Source: a virus. Taken from it: a stretch of 64,000 nucleotides of DNA. Below are positions 56,720 to 64,000 of this stretch, piece after piece. The stretch is from the IMG/VR virus record IMGVR_UViG_3300020048_000015, positions 64,001-128,000 of that record; one strand, written 5' to 3'. Within the stretch, counting starts at the first letter, position 1, and each line of letters opens with the position of its first letter. The notes beneath the pieces are model-generated. The model saw nothing but the letters and a program-made list of their open reading frames with translations, was not told where the DNA came from and ran no database searches. A program made the position numbers and the translations under genes.

Positions 56720-57795
56720 TTTTTTTCAATTTTATTTTTTATCAAAGTATTCCATTTTTCATAAATTTTTGATTTTCGATTACTATTAAACTCTTTCATT
56801 TTAGATGATATCTCATCAACATCAACCTCATCAACCAATCTATTTAATTCTTCAAATGAATTATAATATATTATATATGGCATCCATTCTTCATCATAAA
56901 AGTCAGAATATTGTAACCAATGTTCAACAGCTTCATAATTATTATAATCATTTGGATCAAATTTACCATTATGTTTTATAGATGAAAAGCTTGGCATATT
57001 ACAATAGTTATTCCAAGATACTTCTTTTAAAACACTATACTTTTTATCTTTGTAGATTTGTAATAAAAATTCTTTTGTTGGGAAGAATAGTGGTATATTA
57101 GAAGTATATTGTTCAAATATTGACATATATGAAATCTGATAAGGTACATGGATTATACCTTTAAATTTAACTAAGTCATTATGACTGTGACCAGACTTGA
57201 ATAAATCATCTTTATATTTTATTTTATCATTTGTTATTTCTAATATCTTATCTCTTGAATAATATATAAATGAATTATTATTTGATTCATAATATGAATT
57301 ATAATAATCACATATACTTGGTATATGTTCCACATCCCTACCTATAAATTCTTCCATATAATACTTATCATAAAGATTATTAGCTACAAGTATAACAGTC
57401 TCATCATCAACTCCTTCTCTTAGAAATTCGTTAAACTTTTCCCATTCATTACTTCTAAATGAAAATGGCCATTCATATCTAATTGGATTATTTATTATAA
57501 TTGGCTTTTTAAAATGTTTATATAATAATGCAAATGGTGGTGGATATGTAACTATAAAAGCGTCAATAGAATTAAGTTGGTCTTTATATGAATTGTAAAA
57601 TTCATCAGATAATTGTTGAGTTGTTAATATGTTCCATCTACCATTATCTAACATTGGGATGCTATCTTTTTTTCTATTAAAAACCCAAGTATGTTCTGAT
57701 AAAGACATATCTGTAACATCATGTCCAAGCTCAGTAAATATTTTTTTCATATCTGCTATTATAGATATGTGTAAATCTATATTAAAAAATTTCAT
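56716..57795 (-). CDS. Putative glycosyltransferase
   Basis: FFNIDLHISII, H.PYQISYMSIFEQY..NIPLFFP; operon context. Confidence 0.6.
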   Translation of the reverse strand: MKFFNIDLHISIIADMKKIFTELGHDVTDMSLSEHTWVFNRKKDSIPMLDNGRWNILTTQQLSDEFYNSYKDQLNSIDAFIVTYPPPFALLYKHFKKPIIINNPIRYEWPFSFRSNEWEKFNEFLREGVDDETVILVANNLYDKYYMEEFIGRDVEHIPSICDYYNSYYESNNNSFIYYSRDKILEITNDKIKYKDDLFKSGHSHNDLVKFKGIIHVPYQISYMSIFEQYTSNIPLFFPTKEFLLQIYKDKKYSVLKEVSWNNYCNMPSFSSIKHNGKFDPNDYNNYEAVEHWLQYSDFYDEEWMPYIIYYNSFEELNRLVDEVDVDEISSKMKEFNSNRKSKIYEKWNTLIKNKIEKK

Positions 57796-57810
57796 ATTTA
57801 TTTTTATTTT

Positions 57811-58482
57811 TTACCTATTTATTAGTAATTTCCAGTAATCTGGATGTCTTACATTATTTTCATCAAATACATCACCAACAAATTCATAATCAATTCTTTT
57901 TGTAGGAAATGGTCTTATATCACCACCATATCTTAAACCAAATTCAGAATGTTCAATTGAATTGTCTTTCACCAATGGATAAACAAATTGACCTAAAAAA
58001 TCTTGATCACAACCTTTTATAGAAAATTTAGTCCAATTATTAATCATATTAATCAATCCAATATTTCTAATTATTCCATTCCTACAACCCCACATACCAC
58101 CTAATATAGCTACTGTGTGATATGGATGATCTCTCATTATATGAAAATCTTTATCTGATTCTAACCATTCATTTATTGCAGATACTTCTCTATCAGAAAT
58201 TCTTGAATCACAATCACGTGATAAAAATACATCAACATCAGAATCTTCCGCTGCCCAAAATCGCCAAAACATACCATGAAAAGAATCTTTAGAATCAACC
58301 AAAACAACTTCTACATTATCACCTTTTATAGATTCTATTAATTCTTTTTTACAATCTTTGTCTATATAAAATCTACAAAACCAACTTGGAAAATATTTAT
58401 TAACCAACTTTATATTTTCTAATGCCCCCATCCAATACATCGGATGATCACCCCATAAAGAAAATGCTACAACGTTTTTCAT
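57811..58482 (-). CDS. Putative glycosyltransferase (GT-A-like)
   Basis: FSLWG, MFWRF, SRDCDSR, HIMRDHP.H, DQDFL. Confidence 0.7.
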   Translation of the reverse strand: MKNVVAFSLWGDHPMYWMGALENIKLVNKYFPSWFCRFYIDKDCKKELIESIKGDNVEVVLVDSKDSFHGMFWRFWAAEDSDVDVFLSRDCDSRISDREVSAINEWLESDKDFHIMRDHPYHTVAILGGMWGCRNGIIRNIGLINMINNWTKFSIKGCDQDFLGQFVYPLVKDNSIEHSEFGLRYGGDIRPFPTKRIDYEFVGDVFDENNVRHPDYWKLLINR

Positions 58483-58492
58483 ATTTTATTTA

Positions 58493-59023
58493 TTATTTTT
58501 CTGCCTCTATGTTTAGACTCATCAACATACCATTTTTCTTATCCATATGTGGCAAGTAACACTGTGAAAAATCATCTATGTGACAATGTTCAGTATTTTC
58601 CCAATTATATATTCTAATATTTTTAAACCCAACCGATATTAAATCTTCACTAAGTGTCTTAAAATCCCAACCACAATAATGATAATTAAAACCATGTGAT
58701 TGTCCACCCCACAAAAATCCACGCAATATCCTCAAATCATTATATTGTTGATAATGCTTAAATACCTTTTCAATATCAGGAACAGCTATTCTTAATACAC
58801 CACCTTCTTTTAGAATTTTAAACCATCGTGTTAAAACATTTGTATATTCTATTCTTGTTATATGTTCTAATATATGACAAGCATATATTAAATCAACCGA
58901 ATTTTCAGAAAATTTGCTTAAGTTTTTAACATCATCAACTATATCAACTTTTGGTAATTTTCTTGCATCAATATTAATAAATCCATCTATATGTTTATTA
59001 CCACACCCTAAATGCAACTTCAT
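58493..59023 (-). CDS. Methyltransferase type 11
   Basis: LHLGCG, IYACHILEH, LKEGGVLRIAVPD. Confidence 0.88.
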   Translation of the reverse strand: MKLHLGCGNKHIDGFINIDARKLPKVDIVDDVKNLSKFSENSVDLIYACHILEHITRIEYTNVLTRWFKILKEGGVLRIAVPDIEKVFKHYQQYNDLRILRGFLWGGQSHGFNYHYCGWDFKTLSEDLISVGFKNIRIYNWENTEHCHIDDFSQCYLPHMDKKNGMLMSLNIEAEK

Positions 59024-59028
59024 TTATT

Positions 59029-59853
59029 CTATTTAAATATTTTATATAAGAAAGATTTTATATTTTCTATCTTATTATTTTCTGGTATCAAATTATAAAC
59101 AAACCAAGGTTGTCTTAAAACTTCCATATATTTATCATCATTTTTATCCAATTCTATAATATATTCTATCATATCTTCCATATTATTAAAATCATAATAA
59201 TTTACAAATGATTTGATATTAAATTCTCTATCTATAACAGGATTACCCCAATAAATAGGAATGGAATTTACACACATAGGTTCCATTATCTTTTCTGTGG
59301 TATAACCTGGATGCTGATTTCTATAAGCATTATTTTCAAATGAAATTGAAAATTTATATTCCGATTGGAATTTTCTTTTATCATTAACTGCATAACCAAC
59401 ATTATTTATATATCTACCACCAGAATCTACCTTTTTATATTTTGATAATTCTTTAAAAAATTCATTTCTTTCTGAACAATTTCCATTAGAAACAACAAAA
59501 TTACAGAATTTTCTATTTAATAAACTATCATCAACCTTTTTATTTACCAAATCATAATAACCATCATATAACAAATAATGTGGCAATCTATAATTTCTAT
59601 CATCATCTAAATAATCATTTGAAAATGAATATTGACAATATCCTAATGGAGCTGGTATATTTTCGGCATAATATGCAATTTTAATACAATTATAATTTTG
59701 ATGCTGATTACCAAATACCGAAAAGAATAAATAATCAGGTTTATCACTTATTTCAACATCAAATTCTTCTACTAATAGATTATAAAAATAATTATCGGTT
59801 TTATTATACCCACCCCAAAAGTCACTAAAATTTATTTTAATCTTCTTTTTCAT
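59029..59853 (-). CDS. GT10 alpha-1,3/1,4-fucosyltransferase
   Basis: KFCNFVVSN, YKFSISFEN, GYTTEKI...SIPIYWG. Confidence 0.92.
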   Translation of the reverse strand: MKKKIKINFSDFWGGYNKTDNYFYNLLVEEFDVEISDKPDYLFFSVFGNQHQNYNCIKIAYYAENIPAPLGYCQYSFSNDYLDDDRNYRLPHYLLYDGYYDLVNKKVDDSLLNRKFCNFVVSNGNCSERNEFFKELSKYKKVDSGGRYINNVGYAVNDKRKFQSEYKFSISFENNAYRNQHPGYTTEKIMEPMCVNSIPIYWGNPVIDREFNIKSFVNYYDFNNMEDMIEYIIELDKNDDKYMEVLRQPWFVYNLIPENNKIENIKSFLYKIFK

Positions 59854-59854
59854 T

Positions 59855-60541
59855 TTAAACTTTAATTCTTTCTTCTACTGGAAGATTCTTTCTATTATTC
59901 CAGTTAACTTCATCACTTTTCCATTTTGTCTGATAACCTTTATCAGCAGCATCAGCAGGTCTTTTACCATTCGCATAGTGATGATGGGTGAATTCGGTTG
60001 AATCAATCATTCTATCATCAATTAATAACCCCAAATCTTTAGCAGTTAGATATAACTCGCAATCACTAAACATATGATTGTAACTTGGATGATATATAAC
60101 CATATTCATTTTAACTAAAGCAGAATATGTCATTATTGGTACAGTTACAACAGGATGTAACATATTGCTTGAATCAGGTTTTTGATACCCATCGAAAACC
60201 ATGAGAACACCATCTTTATCTTTTAATTTATTTAAGAGATATGTATCCCAATCTTTTGGTGGTGTAAAGTCATCAGAAGCAAAAACAACTATATCATCAT
60301 TATTTCCTATTAAATTAGATGATAGCAAATAACAAGGATAACAAACACCAATTCTATCTGGTTGGTCTGATATTATCATATTAATATTTGATACTTTACT
60401 TTGTATTATATCAGCATCAATTTGTTTATCAACACAAACATAAGTTTTTATATTTTCTTTATTTTCAGCATTATTTAACCAAAAAGAATGCGTGTGAATA
60501 AAAGCATTTGGACGAATTGTAGCCCATAATAGATGAATCAT
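59855..60541 (-). CDS. GT2-like glycosyltransferase
   Basis: ATIRP, FASDDF, HMFSD.EL. Confidence 0.7.
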   Translation of the reverse strand: MIHLLWATIRPNAFIHTHSFWLNNAENKENIKTYVCVDKQIDADIIQSKVSNINMIISDQPDRIGVCYPCYLLSSNLIGNNDDIVVFASDDFTPPKDWDTYLLNKLKDKDGVLMVFDGYQKPDSSNMLHPVVTVPIMTYSALVKMNMVIYHPSYNHMFSDCELYLTAKDLGLLIDDRMIDSTEFTHHHYANGKRPADAADKGYQTKWKSDEVNWNNRKNLPVEERIKV

Positions 60542-60545
60542 TTAA

Positions 60546-61307
60546 TTATTGTATTTTTTTATCAATTTTTCCAATTTTATCTTTTATAGATTCAAAATAT
60601 GGTATATATTGTTCTTTTGTAACATTTAAGAAATAATTATAGATATTTAGATTTCTATAATATAGATTCCTATCTACTTGAGCTTTTTCATGATATAGAT
60701 GATAACACTTATCTTTTACATTTTCACAATTTAAAAATAATTTTGCTTTATTTGACATAAAATCATCTTCTGCACCCCATCCCCAAAAATCCTCATTCCA
60801 TCCTGCTAATTTTTCTAAAGATTGTTTTTGGAACATAATTATACCACCACACATAGGAACTTTTTGATGATCATTTTCGCCTCTACCTGGTCTTGATATT
60901 GAATATAAATTATCCATATCAAAATTATTAATGAAATTTGATGTTTCTTGTGGGGATAAATCTAATACGGATGAATAAGGATTAACACATTCAAAACTAT
61001 TTAATAATTCAACTGATGATAAAAATGATTTAGAATCCATTATTAAATCAGCATCACCAAATACTATTTTATCATTTATAGCATTTTTTAAGCCAACATT
61101 AAAGCACCAAGATTTATTAAAGGGATAATTATTTTCTAAAAAAATATGTTTGAATTTAAATTCTTTAAAGATATCAATTTTTGATGATATATCACTTTCA
61201 ACAATAATTATTTCACAATCAAATTGTGAAACCCATTTTAATATTGTTTTTAAATTAATTGCTCTATCTTCTGAATGTCGATAAGCAATAATATATGAAA
61301 AATTCAT
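60546..61307 (-). CDS. GT7/GT2 galactosyltransferase-like protein
   Basis: FNKSWCFNVG, FGDAD, GWNEDFWGWGAEDD, YHLYH. Confidence 0.88.
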   Translation of the reverse strand: MNFSYIIAYRHSEDRAINLKTILKWVSQFDCEIIIVESDISSKIDIFKEFKFKHIFLENNYPFNKSWCFNVGLKNAINDKIVFGDADLIMDSKSFLSSVELLNSFECVNPYSSVLDLSPQETSNFINNFDMDNLYSISRPGRGENDHQKVPMCGGIIMFQKQSLEKLAGWNEDFWGWGAEDDFMSNKAKLFLNCENVKDKCYHLYHEKAQVDRNLYYRNLNIYNYFLNVTKEQYIPYFESIKDKIGKIDKKIQ

Positions 61308-61370
61308 TTTATATTTATACTATTTTATTAATATATAAAAAATAATCATCTTTGTTTTAATATATACAAT

Positions 61371-62009
61371 ATGAAATACTTAAAATTATTTGAAAACTTT
61401 AATAATGTTCCATTTAAAGGGTTTTCTGATATTGTCAAATTTGATAATGTTAAAAAAAGAAATATAAATATAAATAATGAAAATCTAATAACAATAGATA
61501 ATGGAAAAACTGTTTTATTAAAAAAAGACACTACCTTATTAGCTAAAGTAATATATGATAAAATTGATGATAAGATTAGTATCAGTATGATAGAATCATA
61601 TGCAAGAGGATATGGGAAAATATTAATGCTTCATTTAATAGAAGAATATGGATATGATAACATCATCACAAAAGTATTAACTAAAGCTGGTCAAAAAATG
61701 ATGGATGATTTAAATGATTTATATAATTTTAAAAAACTATCAAACTTTTTAAATAGAAAAGATTTATTTAAAAGTATAAATGATCAATTAATAATAACTG
61801 TATTAGATAACATCTGTGAATATGGTATAAAAAACACTTTAAAAGCTTTCAAAAATGACATTATAGACAATAAAATAAATAATATAGATATAGAAACATT
61901 AGTTGACATATCATCTTGGATAGACGATTCAGTTCAAAATAATCATAGTATAGATGATAATATTCCAGATTATATCTATGATGAAATAGAAAAATTAAAA
62001 AACCGATAG
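61371..62009 (+). CDS. Leader-bearing protein with a GNAT-like segment
   Basis: MKYLKLFENF; ISMIESYARGYGKILM...LTKAGQKM resembles the GNAT acetyl-CoA motif. Confidence 0.55.
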   Translation: MKYLKLFENFNNVPFKGFSDIVKFDNVKKRNININNENLITIDNGKTVLLKKDTTLLAKVIYDKIDDKISISMIESYARGYGKILMLHLIEEYGYDNIITKVLTKAGQKMMDDLNDLYNFKKLSNFLNRKDLFKSINDQLIITVLDNICEYGIKNTLKAFKNDIIDNKINNIDIETLVDISSWIDDSVQNNHSIDDNIPDYIYDEIEKLKNR

Positions 62010-62029
62010 ATAATTCTATCGGTCTTTTA
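61997..62029. terminator. Bidirectional terminator
   Basis: aaaaaccgataga-taat-tctatcggtctttt between convergent genes. Confidence 0.85.
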
Positions 62030-62031
62030 AT

Positions 62032-63738
62032 TTATATGTAAGTATATCCTTCTATTTTTTCAGGTATTTTCATTATCTTAAGTTCCATCAAAGCATCACC
62101 TAAAAGATTCTTAACTATTTTACAATCATCTCTTAAAAAATTATATTTTTTCTGATATTTTAAATAATTATTAACATTTTTAAAAAGTTTATATACATTA
62201 TATATAGGATTTCCCATACCATAAAAATCACAACCACCCTTCATACGATTTACTATATTTGGGATACCATCTAAACTGGTTAATTGATTATTATTACAAC
62301 CAAACCTACCACTAACTGTTTTAGGACAACCTTCCAAACTTATTAATTTATTATCTGAACAATCAAAAAAACCAGAAAGTGTATTAGGACAACCTTCTAA
62401 AGAAGTTATTTCATTGAAAGAACAAACAAAATAACCACCTACTGTATTAGGACAACCATCAAGTGTGGTTAATTTATTATAATTACAATTAAAACCACCA
62501 TTAACTGTATTAGGACAACCTTCTAATGAGGTTAATTGATTATTATTACAATCAAAATAACCACCAACTTCTTTAGGACTACCTTCTAAGCTATTTATAT
62601 AATTATAACTACAGTCAAAATCACCACCAACATAATTAGGACTACCTTCTAAACCGGTTAATTGATTAGATCCACATTTAAAATTCCCCGAAACCCTATT
62701 AAATTTCAATGGAATTTTAGTTAATCCTTTATAATAAAAATTAACATCACCATTAACATCAATAGATTCATCCGAATTTATAGTATAATTATTAATATTT
62801 AATAGTTTTAATATTTCTTCAACTGCTAAACTATCAAAATTGTAATATGATTCTTCGTTATCATTATAAACATTCTTATGAACATCGTATTTTAAACTTT
62901 TTAAATCTTTATTAAAATGTTGATCTAATATATTCTGAACAGTTTTCTTAAATTCAGGTCTTTTAGTTCCATACATATTTTTACTTGGTAATAATATAAC
63001 ATCTTTATTTTCACCAACAAATGGTTTAATATTTAAAACTGCCAATGGCGATTCAATATTTCTATCAGTTAATTTCACTAAATAAGATATTAATGATCCT
63101 TCTTTTACTTCTTCTATAAGATATTTAATATTTACACCATCTTCTTTATAATCATTTATTTTATCTTTTAAATCTTTAATTTTATTTTGATCATCAGAAA
63201 ATTTAATTTTTTCCAATTCATCCATTAGCTTAGTTAATCTATTGGATTTATCAGTTCCAATGGTCATACAATTAGTCCAATCTCTATCTGTATCAGAACC
63301 AGCAATATCATATGGATGTCTTGAAATAACTACTAATAATTCATCTTTATCAGTTGACACCAATGTCTTTCTTTTTTCATCAGAAACAAATTGTTTAGAC
63401 AATTCTTCATTTTTAAATTTGTTTAATAATTTACCAATTGTAGATGTATTTTTAGCACTTCTAAATTTAGCTACACCTTTTACATAATCTACAATTTCAC
63501 AGTCATTTTCAGCCAAAAATTTATCTATTAATTCATGGGTTGTTGAAATATATCCAGTGACTTCTTCTTTAATCAACGGAATATATATTCTATAATAGTT
63601 TCTATCATTGCTGTATAAATCACCTAATTCTTTAAAAATATCAGCATATCTTTCCTTATCAAAAGCATCTACATATTTCCTAAATTGGGATGGCTTTAAT
63701 GCTTCATTAAAACCAATATAACTTTTTATATATTTCAT
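62032..63738 (-). CDS. Unknown ~300-aa N-domain fused to LRR-like family module (7 repeats)
   Basis: Leader MKYIKSYIGFNE; ISRHPYDIAG..W.NCM domain; then N-cap, 7 repeats (63-bp period measured), shortened C-cap ending EKIEGYTYI. Confidence 0.85.
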   Translation of the reverse strand: MKYIKSYIGFNEALKPSQFRKYVDAFDKERYADIFKELGDLYSNDRNYYRIYIPLIKEEVTGYISTTHELIDKFLAENDCEIVDYVKGVAKFRSAKNTSTIGKLLNKFKNEELSKQFVSDEKRKTLVSTDKDELLVVISRHPYDIAGSDTDRDWTNCMTIGTDKSNRLTKLMDELEKIKFSDDQNKIKDLKDKINDYKEDGVNIKYLIEEVKEGSLISYLVKLTDRNIESPLAVLNIKPFVGENKDVILLPSKNMYGTKRPEFKKTVQNILDQHFNKDLKSLKYDVHKNVYNDNEESYYNFDSLAVEEILKLLNINNYTINSDESIDVNGDVNFYYKGLTKIPLKFNRVSGNFKCGSNQLTGLEGSPNYVGGDFDCSYNYINSLEGSPKEVGGYFDCNNNQLTSLEGCPNTVNGGFNCNYNKLTTLDGCPNTVGGYFVCSFNEITSLEGCPNTLSGFFDCSDNKLISLEGCPKTVSGRFGCNNNQLTSLDGIPNIVNRMKGGCDFYGMGNPIYNVYKLFKNVNNYLKYQKKYNFLRDDCKIVKNLLGDALMELKIMKIPEKIEGYTYI

Positions 63739-63830
63739 AATTCAATTTTTTGTTTAAAATCACTTATTCTATATATTAATTTAAAAATCATAATATTGAT
63801 ATTTTTTTGTCCAAATTTAATTTAAGTTTT

Positions 63831-64000
63831 TTAAACACCTCCTGGTTTATCCATACCCAATGAATAATTGGGCAAAACCAGACGTTGATTTGCGTTATCT
63901 GCAAAGATTAAATATTTAGCATCATCTCTTATTATTGCTTGATTCAATATTTTATTGTGTTGATTTTCTGGAACAACATCATTAAATAATCTAATATTAG
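63831..64000 (-). CDS. 3' end of a hypothetical gene (truncated by window edge)
   Basis: Open frame NIRLFNDVVPENQHNKILNQAIIRDD...KPGGV*. Confidence 0.6.
   Translation of the reverse strand, partial: NIRLFNDVVPENQHNKILNQAIIRDDAKYLIFADNANQRLVLPNYSLGMDKPGGV

Larger units (their letters stand above)
3672..63778. promoter_or_regulatory. Dispersed late-promoter-like motif TAATATATA
   Basis: Plus strand: 5094, 7602, 18138, 27281, 30593, 35089, 35702, 38980, 61329, 61358. Minus strand: 3672, 17885, 18150, 27274, 63770. All intergenic and upstream of leader-bearing, lysis or structural genes. Confidence 0.7.

Noticed and set aside
61312-61319. Canonical T4 late promoter TATAAATA before the glycan operon
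   Set aside because: Single instance only 4 nt from the ATG in very AT-rich sequence.
281-63487. Short antisense/overlapping ORFs in the track (e.g. 281-502, 3979-4404, 5880-6335, 12247-12582, 41186-41575, 63242-63487)
   Set aside because: They lie within longer recognisable genes and have shadow-frame composition.
1284-63738. Diversity-generating retroelement as the source of LRR variation
   Set aside because: No reverse transcriptase or template repeat in the window, and differences are not visibly confined to adenines. Cannot be excluded for the rest of the genome.
1-64000. Stop-codon reassignment
   Set aside because: Recognisable enzymes are full-length in the standard code; TAA, TGA and TAG all end genes at sensible places.
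1-64000. tRNA/rRNA genes
   Set aside because: No T-loop/cloverleaf or GC-rich structured stretch noticed; intergenic gaps are short and explained. tRNAscan-SE would be decisive.
1-64000. Cellular or NCLDV origin
   Set aside because: gp32-like SSB, tail-tube-fold gene, Rnl1, endolysin and gp23-like pieces with bacterial-type operons and terminators favour a T4-like jumbo phage.

Overview
Very AT-rich, gene-dense 64-kb segment of a large T4-like (jumbo) myophage. The phage call rests on a gp32-like SSB, a tail-tube-fold protein, an Rnl1 RNA ligase, an endolysin and gp23-like fragments. The host is probably Bacteroidota (DnaK tail, TAnnTTTG promoter, MqsA-like domain). Standard genetic code; no tRNA, rRNA or CRISPR seen. 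Contents: DnaK (5'-truncated), FKBP chaperone, homing-type nucleases, RNA-repair enzymes (Rnl1, CCA enzyme, two 2H phosphoesterases, two Tpt1/ART-like paralogs), a beta-helix tail-fibre-like module, a GAF/PAS histidine kinase plus response regulator, an amidase, structural genes and a ~20.6-kb glycan synthesis/modification operon. Most notable: (1) Ten paralogs share a conserved N-cap and C-cap around 0-7 copies of a 21-aa LRR-like repeat with hypervariable strand positions (VLR-like architecture). They sit mostly in tandem arrays joined by a conserved ~50-bp coupled junction, with free cap remnants and fusions that suggest cassette shuffling. (2) About 28 ORFs, including unrelated enzymes, carry an N-terminal leader resembling the T4 capsid-targeting sequence, mostly behind a TAATATATA late-promoter-like motif, suggesting an injected effector arsenal. 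(3) Four adjacent ORFs each carry a different piece of T4 gp23-like major capsid sequence. (4) Two modules are bounded by ~40-bp duplications of the upstream gene's 3' end. Functional calls come from motif recognition only; no database searches were run.
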